From Okeania sp. (GTDB taxonomy: Bacteria > Cyanobacteriota > Cyanobacteriia > Cyanobacteriales > Microcoleaceae), in contig NZ_JAYKGW010000132.1 of NCBI RefSeq assembly GCF_035285525.1, positions 1-16,652 of the forward strand: a stretch of DNA of 16,652 bases. The letters run 5' to 3'. The translations under genes and the position numbers were made by a program. Numbering within the stretch: the first letter of the stretch is position 1; each line of letters starts with the position of its first letter. Positions 1 to 7,773 of the stretch are shown here, piece by piece. A model generated the notes under the pieces. That model saw only the letters and a program-made list of their open reading frames with translations, ran no database searches and was not told the DNA's origin.

Positions 1-87
1 CCATTTTTGTTCTTTAACTAGAACTTCATAAGCTAGTTTTTGGGCTTCAATGATCTCTTGTTCATTAGTTAAAATTCTAGCTTCCAT
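1..87 (-). CDS. First 29 codons of an unidentified gene that runs off the left edge
   Basis: There is a reverse-strand ATG at 87-85, followed by 29 stop-free codons to the window edge (MEARILTNEQEIIEAQKLAYEVLVKEQKW...). The fragment is too short to assign a family. Confidence 0.35.
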   Translation of the reverse strand, partial: MEARILTNEQEIIEAQKLAYEVLVKEQKW

Positions 88-143
88 AATCTTATTTTTA
101 TTCAGTTTTATATCTAGTATTTATGGAGATTAACTATAGAATA

Positions 144-176
144 ATTCCCCTATTTGGGATTACTTAATAGGGGAAT
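144..176 (-). terminator. Candidate intrinsic terminator of the EF-hand gene
   Basis: A perfect 11-bp stem pairs ATTCCCCTATT (144-154) with AATAGGGGAAT (166-176) around an 11-nt loop. It lies about 23 nt past the stop codon at 200-202. On the minus strand it is followed by the T-rich run TTATTCTAT. Confidence 0.4.
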
Positions 177-199
177 ATTAATAGGATTAATTCCTCAAA

Positions 200-742
200 T
201 TAATAAGGACCAAAAAAGAGGTTTCCGGGAGCATCGGGGTCATCACTCCCATGAAATTGTTGCACTAATTCCACTAATTCGTCTTTAGTTATACCACCGT
301 CACCGTTTAAGTCTAACTTGGGAAAAATTTCCACAGCTAATTCTTCAGGAAGGCGCCAGCTCCGAAAAATAGTTTTGTATTCTTCCAAACTAATAATTCC
401 ATCTCCATTTAGATCCAATAACTCGAAAATCTGATTCGCGAGGTCAATATTCGTTTGGTACATATCTGGACTATTTATGCGATGCTCGCCATGTTCGAGC
501 CATTCTGCTAGCTCAACTTTACCATCATTGTTTTTATCCGCATCTTTTCGTAAATATTCCCAGTCCTCCATAAACTTTGCATGAAGTTCCTCGTATTGTG
601 GCGTTCCTTGAGATAAATTACGCATTTGAGCAAGATTCTGGAATATTGCTTCAAAATCGTCTTTTTCTACTACACCATTTCCATTAGCATCATAGACTTG
701 AAACAAGCGAGTCCACTTTCTAGTTTGTAGTTCAGTCAGCAT
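200..742 (-). CDS. Calcium-binding protein with four canonical EF-hands
   Basis: There are four 12-residue EF loops: DANGNGVVEKDD, DKNNDGKVELAE, DLNGDGIISLEE and DLNGDGGITKDE. The track ORF extends to 781. I prefer the internal Met at 742 (MLTELQTRKW...), but the start is uncertain. Confidence 0.85.
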   Translation of the reverse strand: MLTELQTRKWTRLFQVYDANGNGVVEKDDFEAIFQNLAQMRNLSQGTPQYEELHAKFMEDWEYLRKDADKNNDGKVELAEWLEHGEHRINSPDMYQTNIDLANQIFELLDLNGDGIISLEEYKTIFRSWRLPEELAVEIFPKLDLNGDGGITKDELVELVQQFHGSDDPDAPGNLFFGPY

Positions 743-951
743 ATTTTTGTTTTCTTTATTTAATAAGAATACACTACACACAAATCATTCTAATCATAAA
801 ATTCTTAAAATGTCAATTTAGCAGAAAAAGAGGGTTTTATGTTGGGAAGTACATTAATAATTTTTATGCAAATAAACTCAACAAATATGCTATAAAAATA
901 AATGGGAATTAAAATAATTCCCTAACAGTCAAAAAGATTAATTTAATCACA

Positions 952-2286
952 ATGATTTTACAAAAAAATAAATTTAATATACAAGAATTAGCAGCTATTC
1001 TTGCCAAAGAAAATATTAGTTTATGGGAAAATATTGACCCCATTAAAAAACAACAAATATCACAGGCGATCGCTCCTAATAACACCATTAACTGCATCAT
1101 TTATCCAGAAACTCAAACTCAACTATCTGATGTCGTTGCTTGCTGCGCCAAAAATAATTGGGTGATATTACCTTGCGGTAGCGGTAGTAAACTTCATTGG
1201 GGAGGTTTACTCAAAGTCGATCCAACTACTCACGACGAGGGAATAATAGTTGTCAGTTGCGATCGCCTCAACGGTCTCATCGAACACGCTGTTGGTGACT
1301 TAACTGTTACTGTGGAACCGGGGATGAAATATACAGACTTACAAGCAACTTTGGCAAAAACAGGTCAATTTCTGCCTATCGATCCTGCTTACCCGGAAGC
1401 TGCAACTATTGGGGGTATTGTTGCTACTGCGGACACTGGTTCCCTACGGCAACGCTATCGGGGTGTGCGAGATATGTTATTGGGTATTAGTTTTGTGCGT
1501 TCAGATGGAAAAGTTGCTAAAGCAGGAGGACGGGTAGTTAAAAATGTTGCCGGTTACGACTTAATGAAATTATTTACAGGTTCTTATGGCACATTAGGTA
1601 TTATTAGTCAGGTTACTTTTAGGGTTTATCCCATACAAGAAGCATCGGGAACTGTGGTTTTAGTGGGTGAAAAAAATAACATTGCTCAAGCGACTAAAAC
1701 TTTATTATCTTCTGCATTAACTCCTGTTGCTATTGATTTAGTTTCAGTTAATTTAGTTAAAGAATTAGGCTTGGGTAAAGGTGTGGGATTAATAGTAAGA
1801 TTTCAAACTATAATAGACAGTGTTGAAGAACAAGCAAGTAAATTATTAGAAGTTGGAAATAGTTTAGGTTTAAATTCTATTCGTTACGATGGTAATGAAG
1901 CAGAATTATGGAATAAATTAAAACAGAAAATTTGGCAATCTCAGGAGAACAAAGAAATAATTTGTAAGATAGGAGTAATGCCGAATAAAGTTGTAGAAAC
2001 TTTAGAGCAACCAGTTCTAGAAAATGGTTTAGGATTAATTCATGGAGGTAGTGGTTTAGGAGAATTACGTTTTAATTATGTTACTATTGAAACTATTCTA
2101 GAATTACGGCAGTGGTGTGAATCCACAGGTGGATTTCTGACAGTTTTAGTAGCGCCATTAGAGATGAAACAAAAACTTGATGTTTGGGGTTATAATCAAA
2201 ATGGTCTGGAGATAATGCGGCGAATTAAACAAAAATTTGACCCTCAAAATATTCTTAATTCCTATTCTTTTGTGGGTGGAATTTGA
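952..2286 (+). CDS. glcE: FAD-binding oxidase, glycolate dehydrogenase/oxidase subunit GlcE-like
   Basis: The 444-aa ORF carries PCMH-type FAD-binding motifs: LPCGSGSKLHWGG, DLTVTVEPGMKYTDLQATLAKTGQFLPIDP and GGRVVKNVAGYDLMKLFTGSYGTLGII. These match the GlcE/GlcD family pattern. Confidence 0.75.
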   Translation: MILQKNKFNIQELAAILAKENISLWENIDPIKKQQISQAIAPNNTINCIIYPETQTQLSDVVACCAKNNWVILPCGSGSKLHWGGLLKVDPTTHDEGIIVVSCDRLNGLIEHAVGDLTVTVEPGMKYTDLQATLAKTGQFLPIDPAYPEAATIGGIVATADTGSLRQRYRGVRDMLLGISFVRSDGKVAKAGGRVVKNVAGYDLMKLFTGSYGTLGIISQVTFRVYPIQEASGTVVLVGEKNNIAQATKTLLSSALTPVAIDLVSVNLVKELGLGKGVGLIVRFQTIIDSVEEQASKLLEVGNSLGLNSIRYDGNEAELWNKLKQKIWQSQENKEIICKIGVMPNKVVETLEQPVLENGLGLIHGGSGLGELRFNYVTIETILELRQWCESTGGFLTVLVAPLEMKQKLDVWGYNQNGLEIMRRIKQKFDPQNILNSYSFVGGI

Positions 2287-2454
2287 AATAATTATTAGTG
2301 TGCTGTTTAATTGATTAACCGTCTTATTTCGGAAGCTTCAACAGAGACTTTTGATATTCCGAAATCAATCTTATGGTTTTTCCTATCTCAAAAACTTTTT
2401 TCAGTCAGATAAAAATTAAGTTTATACAATTTATGGTTGAAAAGGAATAAACCA

Positions 2455-2871
2455 ATGCCAGTTCGAGATGCTTTTCATAATTCAGTACGACACGCTTTAG
2501 AAAAAGATGGCTAGCGTATTACCCATGACTCACTTCATATTGATTTAATAGATATAGAAGTTTATATTGATTTGGGTGCAGAAAAACTTTTAGCAGCAGA
2601 ACGAAATAATGAAAAAATTGCAGTAGAAATCAAAAGTTTTTTAGGGAGTTCTACAATTTCATAATTTCACCTAGCATTATGTCAATTTATCAATTATAGA
2701 TTTGTTTTAAATGAATTTGAACCTGAACGTCAGCTATACCTAGTAATTCCATCTGAAACTTATCAAGTATTTTTTAGACGGAAATTAATTAATAAAACCA
2801 CCCAATAACAACAGCTAAAATTTGTGATTTATGAACCAACATTGGAGGTAATTCAACAATGGATAATGTAG
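2455..2871 (+). pseudogene. xisH: xisH (XisH family, PD-(D/E)xK-like) inactivated by three in-frame stops
   Basis: A single reading frame gives MPVRDAFHNSVRHALEKDG*RITHDSLHIDLIDIEVYIDLGAEKLLAAERNNEKIAVEIKSFLGSSTIS*FHLALCQFINYRFVLNEFEPERQLYLVIPSETYQVFFRRKLINKTTQ*QQLKFVIYEPTLEVIQQWIM*. The internal stops are TAG at 2512, TAA at 2662 and TAA at 2806. The first sits where XisH proteins have the conserved KDGW Trp. The 3' end overlaps the xisI ATG, as in intact xisHI pairs. Confidence 0.8.
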
Positions 2872-3194
2872 ACAAATATAGTAATTTAATTCAACAAATT
2901 TTGCAAGAATATGCTAGCTATAAATCTCTTAATAAAGACATAGAAGGAAAATTTGTTTGTGATACCAAAAATCATCACTATCAAATTGTAAATATAGGTT
3001 GGCAAAATAAAGTTCGGGTTTATGGATGTACCTTACATTTAGATATCAAAAATGGAAAAACCTGGATTCAACACAACACAACAGAAATAGATATTGCTGA
3101 AGAATTAGTGAATTTAGGAGTGCCAAAACATGATATTGTTATTAGTTTTCATTCTCTTTTTAAGAGACAATTTACAGAATATGCAGTTAATTAG
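2859..3194 (+). CDS. xisI: XisI family protein (fdxN-element excision controlling factor XisI-like)
   Basis: The ORF is an intact 111 aa with typical XisI blocks: HYQIVNIGWQNKVRVYGCTLHLDIKNGKTWIQHNTTEIDIAEELVNLGVPKHDIV. It overlaps the xisH frame by 13 nt. Confidence 0.85.
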   Translation: MDNVDKYSNLIQQILQEYASYKSLNKDIEGKFVCDTKNHHYQIVNIGWQNKVRVYGCTLHLDIKNGKTWIQHNTTEIDIAEELVNLGVPKHDIVISFHSLFKRQFTEYAVN

Positions 3195-3436
3195 ATTTTA
3201 GTGAAAAAAGCAGGGTGTTGTTAAATCAAAGGATAAATATAAGTGGGATGGGCATCCTGCCCGTCCGAAAATATAAGGAACAGAAACAGCCATCTTGCTT
3301 GTTCCACAAAACTATTAAAATCATCCCACATTTCATTTATGCAATTCTAAAAGTAGACTTTAGGGAGGATAAGGAGACAGAGAAAGTAGGAGGAATAATT
3401 CCCTTATTTAAGGTTTTTCTGCCTTCTTCATTCTTT

Positions 3437-4153
3437 CTATATTTGCCAAAAACTCAAGTTTTGATTTTTCCCTGCTACTACTACAGCAGCTATATAATTA
3501 TCTTGAGGAATAAATTGATATAAATACCAATTAGAAGCTTCCTGAATATTTCCATTGATACAAAAAAACTCTACTTTTTTTTCATAATTTAAACTAATTT
3601 CTACTTTTTCTAAACCACCTGCTAACCCATCTCCAGTTGCTTTTAAATAAGCTTCTTTACAAGTCCATAATTTGAAGAATGTTTCTTGTTTTTTTTCAGA
3701 CGGAAGTTCACTAATAAAGTTGTATTCTTGGGCAGAAAAAAAACGTTTTGCTAAATTTTCTGCATCATTCATTGGGCGAATATATTCTAAGTCAATACCA
3801 ATTAAATTAACTTTGGTAATGCCATATAAAGCTAAATCTTGAGAGTGAGATAAATTAAATAATATTGATGTATTTTTTAAGTATGGTTTGCCGCGATCGC
3901 TATAACTAAATTGTAGTTTTTGGGGTTCAATATTTAAGTAATGGCTGATAATTTTTCTGAGTTTTGCTCTAGCAATAATAAAGCGATTTTTGTCTCTGGC
4001 AAAATGAAATTTGTTGGCTCTTTCTATTTCGTCTGAAGATAATATTGTTAATAATTTCTCAATTTGAGAAGGGGATAATTTTAGATTTGCCCTCCAAATA
4101 TGAACGTTATTTGGTGATAATTCTAATCTTTTTTCTGGCGGTTCAAGAAACAT
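3437..4153 (-). CDS. 4'-phosphopantetheinyl transferase, Sfp/HetI type
   Basis: The 238-aa ORF has the two hallmark motifs, LIGIDLEYI (Mg-binding GxD..E) and FFKLWTCKEAYLKATG (W/F-x-x-KEA). The size is typical for Sfp-type PPTases. Confidence 0.85.
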   Translation of the reverse strand: MFLEPPEKRLELSPNNVHIWRANLKLSPSQIEKLLTILSSDEIERANKFHFARDKNRFIIARAKLRKIISHYLNIEPQKLQFSYSDRGKPYLKNTSILFNLSHSQDLALYGITKVNLIGIDLEYIRPMNDAENLAKRFFSAQEYNFISELPSEKKQETFFKLWTCKEAYLKATGDGLAGGLEKVEISLNYEKKVEFFCINGNIQEASNWYLYQFIPQDNYIAAVVVAGKNQNLSFWQI

Positions 4154-4219
4154 TTATTATTGATTTTTCTATATTATTTAAGTAGATAGGTACGAATAAA
4201 CATCACTATTTAATGAAAT

Positions 4220-4323
4220 CAGGACTTATACGGGAGGAACCCCCTTTATAGGAGAAATCGTTGTTTTGAACAGTAATAATCTAGGTTCGTACCGGGTTTC
4301 TGGGTTCGTCTGCGTAAGTCATG
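4220..4323. mobile_element. MITE-like element (about 104 bp) of the CAGGACTTAnnC...TGCGTAAGTCnTG family
   Basis: The terminal inverted repeats are CAGGACTTATACG (from 4220) and TGCGTAAGTCATG (4311-4323). The same termini bound the elements at 7063-7167, 7187-7277 and 7325-7415. There is no coding capacity. Confidence 0.55.
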
Positions 4324-4407
4324 GAAATATTAAAGTAGTAAAAACCCTTGAGATTGATTCCTTCCACGGAGTTACCATCACTGCGGACATACTTGTAAAT
4401 TTTAATT

Positions 4408-5001
4408 TTATTCAAGAAAAACTACATCTTCATAAATCAAGGAAAGTAAACAGTGAAAATCAACACTGGTAAAATAAACTTCTTGGTCTATTTGATTGTA
4501 ATTAGATTCTTCTATTGAGTAACTCGTAAGTTCCCATTTTCCTTTTTCATTAAGTCGATAACTATCTACATTCATAGTTTCCGTTTCAATTAAAACATAT
4601 TCTTTTAAAGTATTAATTTGACGATAATTTCTAAATTTTCTGCCTTGGTCAAAATTTGCTGTACCCGGAGACAATACCTCTATAATCAAATAAGGATGAT
4701 AGACTATTTGCCTAGCATTTAGATCGCGATCGTCACAAGTAACCATGACATCAGGATAATAAAAAGGACCTTTTTCAGAAATTCCTACTTTGGCATCTGC
4801 CATAAATACTTTACATCCTTTACCACGGAGGTGATTTTTCAGTGCAGAAGCTAAGTTTAATGCAATTGAGTTATGTCCAAGACTTCCTCCAGTCATGGCA
4901 TAGATTTTCCCGTGAACATATTCGTATTTGATGGGTTGTTGTTTTTCCCATTCAAGATATTCTTGGGGGTTCATTGGTTGAATTTGCGGTTTGGCAATCA
5001 T
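4408..5001 (-). CDS. Uma2 family (DUF820) restriction-endonuclease-fold protein
   Basis: The 197-aa ORF has the N-terminal pattern EYLEWE...KYEYVHGKIYAMTGGSLGHN and a PD-(D/E)xK-like core YYPDVMV...IIEVLSPGT...D..RKFRNY, both typical of Uma2. Confidence 0.8.
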   Translation of the reverse strand: MIAKPQIQPMNPQEYLEWEKQQPIKYEYVHGKIYAMTGGSLGHNSIALNLASALKNHLRGKGCKVFMADAKVGISEKGPFYYPDVMVTCDDRDLNARQIVYHPYLIIEVLSPGTANFDQGRKFRNYRQINTLKEYVLIETETMNVDSYRLNEKGKWELTSYSIEESNYNQIDQEVYFTSVDFHCLLSLIYEDVVFLE

Positions 5002-5088
5002 TGACTCAATTTTCTAACAAAATACTATTAAATTTCTACTATCATATCATTTTTGGTGGGGGTTGTTGTTGTTATTAATTGGAGTGGT

Positions 5089-5184
5089 ATGATCTATTTT
5101 TTATTAGGAAATCAAGTTAAAGGATTATTATTATTTTTAGGTTCGGGAGTAATTTTTATAGTTGCTGTAATTTTGTTTTTTTAA
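5089..5184 (+). CDS. Possible 31-aa single-pass membrane peptide (speculative)
   Basis: GGAG at 5081-5084 sits 4 nt before the ATG at 5089. The product MIYFLLGNQVKGLLLFLGSGVIFIVAVILFF is one hydrophobic helix. It has no other support and is easily a chance ORF in AT-rich DNA. Confidence 0.15.
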   Translation: MIYFLLGNQVKGLLLFLGSGVIFIVAVILFF

Positions 5185-5527
5185 GTTGTTTGAGAATGAT
5201 AAAAATTATCAAAAACATCTTTTGAGAATGCAGATTTAACTAATGCTATTTTTGATGAAGTAATTATTAGACATTTCCAGAAAAGAGGGGACAGGGAACA
5301 CTTAACTCTTAACTGGGAAGAAGAATTGATAATTTATAGATAATAATTGATTTTACTTTTTATTTTTGGAGATGTCTATTGAAGATAGTAATTTTTTCGA
5401 TGCTGTTAGAGAACAAAAAACTAAGCATTTAGGTGTCAACTATTCAGGTTAAAAAATAGAGCATTTTAGTTTAACAAGGAACTATCTTTTTCAATAACTT
5501 TCTCTGTAACTTCCCTAAATCCTGAAT

Positions 5528-5559
5528 CTGTAGGGACGTTGCATGTAACGTCCCTACAG
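5528..5559. repeat. GTAGGG...CCCTAC hairpin repeat
   Basis: CTGTAGGGACGTT GCATGT AACGTCCCTACAG forms a 13-bp stem. Related hairpins with the same GTAGGG/CCCTAC ends occur at about 7099-7132, 11047-11101 and 16503-16634. Confidence 0.7.
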
Positions 5560-5878
5560 AGTGCTTTAACAATAAAGATTTTTACCCTAAATATTCCTAA
5601 TTTCTACCTAAATTTAACCATTCATTAGGAAGCACATTATAGAATCTTAATACAATTGAGATTTGTTTGTAATATATTGCGAAAAAAAATTAATCAATGA
5701 TTTATCCTCTTAACTTCGGCAAACTAAGTTGAATAAAAAGTCATGCTAATGGGCGAGTTAACCCCAATATATAATTACTCTACCAGAAATAATTGCTAAA
5801 TGCAAGCTTATTCTCATTCTTTTTTTTTGGAGGTGCTTTATAAAATGTGAAAATTTTTGCTTCAGCACCTTCTTCAAT

Positions 5879-7012
5879 TTAAAAATCAACACCACGTTTT
5901 AATTCCACCCCATGATTAGCATAATGTTTATGACAGAAAACCTCTGAATGAACGCTAGCCAAATCAAAATAATCAGGTGGATTCAAACAACGACCAGTAA
6001 TAATAATTTCCGTATCTTTTGGCTTCCTTAATAACGCTTCAACAATAGGCTCTACTGACAATAATTCCAAATCTACAGTAGGATTAAGCTCATCTAAAAT
6101 AATAGTCTTATATAAACCAGAAGCAATCGCAGCTCTAGCTATTTCCCAACCTCTTTCTGCCTCCACAAAATCTATCTCCTTTTGTTGCCCACGCCAAACA
6201 ATAGCATCCCCACCACAACGTTGATGATCCACCAAATTAGGATAACTCTGGCGCAAAGCAGCGATCGCTGCATCTTCCGTATAACCCATACCTCCTTTCA
6301 GCCATTGTATAATTAAAACTCTATGGGACTGGTCTTGACTAATACCCCTACCAATCGCCTGTAATGCTTTTCCTAAAGCACTGGTAGACTTACCCTTCCC
6401 CGCACCAGTATAAATTTCAATCCCCGTTATTCCAGCACCTCTAGCTTTGGAATGTTGGTGAGGCTTCATTTCTGAATGTAAGTCAGCGATGTCCAACAAA
6501 CCCTGGGGAGCAGCACGACCTGTAGCAATAATTTCTAATTGTTCTGGTTTATTTTTAATAGTATAAATTACTTCATCCAATGGTAGTAAACCTAAATCCA
6601 ATACTGGGTTTATTTCATCCAGTACAACTACAGAGTATAAGTCCGAAGCGATCGCTCCTTTGGCCACATCCCAACCACGTTGGGCTTCTTGATGGTCAAA
6701 TTTAATGATTTTATCGGGGCCAAAATATTCAGAACGACCTGTCCGTACTTGGTCTATGAGATGAGGGAAACCTTTTTGTAATGCTTCTATGGCTGCATCT
6801 TCGTCATAGGAGCGACCAGGGCCTTTGAGGAATCTAAGTAATAATACTCTGGTGGGAGAGTCAGAATGTATACCAAGACCAATGGAACGTAAGACTACTC
6901 CTAATGCAGCTTGGGACTTACCTTTACTTGCTCCATCGTAGACATGAATTTGCCCGACAATTCTTTCTGACATAAGTTGTGCGGTGCGTATACCAATGCC
7001 GTTTCTTCTCAT
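5879..7012 (-). CDS. cobO: Cob(I)yrinic acid a,c-diamide / corrinoid adenosyltransferase, tandem two-domain CobO/BtuR form
   Basis: The 377-aa ORF consists of two homologous halves. Each half has a P-loop (VYDGASKGKSQAALG; IYTGAGKGKSTSALG), a VVLDE/IILDE block, an IITGR/IATGR block and a DL..HSE block. Confidence 0.8.
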   Translation of the reverse strand: MRRNGIGIRTAQLMSERIVGQIHVYDGASKGKSQAALGVVLRSIGLGIHSDSPTRVLLLRFLKGPGRSYDEDAAIEALQKGFPHLIDQVRTGRSEYFGPDKIIKFDHQEAQRGWDVAKGAIASDLYSVVVLDEINPVLDLGLLPLDEVIYTIKNKPEQLEIIATGRAAPQGLLDIADLHSEMKPHQHSKARGAGITGIEIYTGAGKGKSTSALGKALQAIGRGISQDQSHRVLIIQWLKGGMGYTEDAAIAALRQSYPNLVDHQRCGGDAIVWRGQQKEIDFVEAERGWEIARAAIASGLYKTIILDELNPTVDLELLSVEPIVEALLRKPKDTEIIITGRCLNPPDYFDLASVHSEVFCHKHYANHGVELKRGVDF

Positions 7013-7062
7013 AGGTAGTTATTTAGATTTTGTGATTTTTAATTTTGGTTATCTAATTTAGT

Positions 7063-7167
7063 CAGGACTTATGCAAGATATACAATTATATACCATTTGT
7101 AGGTACCATTTGTAGGGGTTAATGAGTGTTAACCCTTACTAGATATAGTAGTTCTGTGTAAGCCCTG
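7063..7167. mobile_element. MITE-like element, copy 1 of 3 in this spacer
   Basis: The terminal inverted repeats are CAGGACTTATGCA (7063-7075) and TGTGTAAGCCCTG (7155-7167). The interior contains the hairpin GTAGGGGTTAA...TTAACCCTTAC. Confidence 0.6.
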
Positions 7168-7186
7168 TTATATCAAGTATTATTAA

Positions 7187-7277
7187 CAGGAATTACGCAA
7201 AGATACTATATATAGAGTTAAAAAACTATTGCACAATAGTTTTTAGCACCATATCTAGGGTAACTGTGTAAGTTATG
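7187..7277. mobile_element. MITE-like element, copy 2
   Basis: The terminal inverted repeats are CAGGAATTACGCA (from 7187) and TGTGTAAGTTATG (7265-7277). The interior is nearly identical to copy 3 (ACTATATATAGAGTTAAAAAAC...CATATCTAGGGT). Confidence 0.6.
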
Positions 7278-7324
7278 ATTAATTAGCCTAATTAGTCATA
7301 ATAAATCGGCTATTTTTAGTTATC

Positions 7325-7415
7325 CAGGAATTATGCAAAGGTACTATATATAGAGTTAAAAAACGATTGTGCCAGAGTTTTAAGCATCATATCTAGGGTT
7401 GCTGCCTAAGTCCTG
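7325..7415. mobile_element. MITE-like element, copy 3
   Basis: The terminal inverted repeats are CAGGAATTATGCA (7325-7337) and TGCCTAAGTCCTG (7403-7415). It is a direct repeat of copy 2, 138 bp downstream. Confidence 0.6.
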
Positions 7416-7598
7416 TTATCTTTAGATGACTTTTGCTATGCAGCTCAGAAATTTATTTCTGGGCGGATGACAAAGCCAGTCAAGGTTGCCAAGGATTTTA
7501 ATCCTTGACTAATAGCTTAAGTCATCTTTTAGATGACTAAATTATTTATAATATGAAATGCTAATCAATAAATCAATAGTATGATAATTATTAGTAAG

Positions 7599-7773
7599 CA
7601 TTCAGCGGTCAGCTATTGCTTTTAGTTTTTGATAAAAGCTTTATGATACGGTTCCCGATAAATCAGAAATTTTATCTGATTACAAAATTCATTTTTCAAG
7701 TTTATATTTGTTTGAATCTCCTCCTGAAAATTGAGGTTTTTATTGCTGTTAGCTGACAGCCAATAGCTGAATG
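7599..7773. repeat. Inverted heptamer arrays (STRR-like) bracketing a roughly 125-bp spacer
   Basis: The left arm is CATTCAG CGGTCAG CTATTGC (7599-7619). The right arm is GCTGTTA GCTGACA GCCAATA GCTGAATG (7745-7773). CAATAGCTGAATG is the reverse complement of CATTCAG...CTATTG, with a 7-nt insertion in the left arm. Confidence 0.5.

Noticed and set aside
909-1100. 63-aa ORF on the minus strand
   Set aside because: It overlaps the start of the well-supported glcE-like CDS on the opposite strand. The sequence is low-complexity and hydrophobic with no recognisable motif. It is most likely an antisense shadow ORF.
2326-2365. Inverted repeat ATTTCGGAA ... TTCCGAAAT after glcE
   Set aside because: The stem is 9 bp, but the loop is 22 nt and there is no adjacent U-tract. 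I cannot support it as a terminator.
3215-3523. 102-aa ORF on the plus strand
   Set aside because: It lies in the convergent spacer between xisI and the PPTase and runs antisense into the PPTase 3' end. Its translation reads through dispersed hairpin repeats (GGGCATCCTGCCC, CCATCTTGCTTGTTCCACAA), which is typical of spurious ORFs.
4266-4472. 68-aa ORF on the plus strand
   Set aside because: It starts inside the MITE-like element at 4220-4323 and ends antisense in the Uma2 gene. It has no RBS and no motif.
5215-5343. Fragment reading ..FENADLTNAIFDEVIIRHFQKRGD.., reminiscent of a pentapeptide-repeat protein C-terminus
   Set aside because: There are only about two A(D/N)LxX-like units, stops lie immediately upstream, and there is no start codon. 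This is too little to call a gene remnant.
5833-5870. Hairpin GGAGGTGCT...AGCACCTTC just downstream of the cobO stop
   Set aside because: The T-run precedes the stem on the plus strand, so on the cobO (minus) strand the stem is followed by an A-run. It therefore does not fit an intrinsic terminator for cobO. The loop is also long, at about 20 nt.
7187-7415. CRISPR-like appearance of two roughly 91-bp direct repeats
   Set aside because: There are only two copies. Each is itself bounded by inverted termini, and the 47-bp 'spacer' is not flanked by further repeats. No cas genes are present. The pattern is consistent with MITEs, not a CRISPR array.
7013-7500. Possible cobalamin riboswitch upstream of cobO
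   Set aside because: I looked on the minus strand for a B12-box-like element and the conserved GC-rich core, and found only MITE-like repeats. The stretch GCCAGTCAAGGTTGCC at 7475-7490 is on the wrong strand and lacks the rest of the consensus.
7424-7538. Terminator/antiterminator-like alternative pairing (AGATGACT / AGTCATCT / AGATGACT)
   Set aside because: There is no U-tract, no nearby downstream ORF and no leader peptide. It is more simply explained as a small palindromic repeat element with AGATGACT-type termini.
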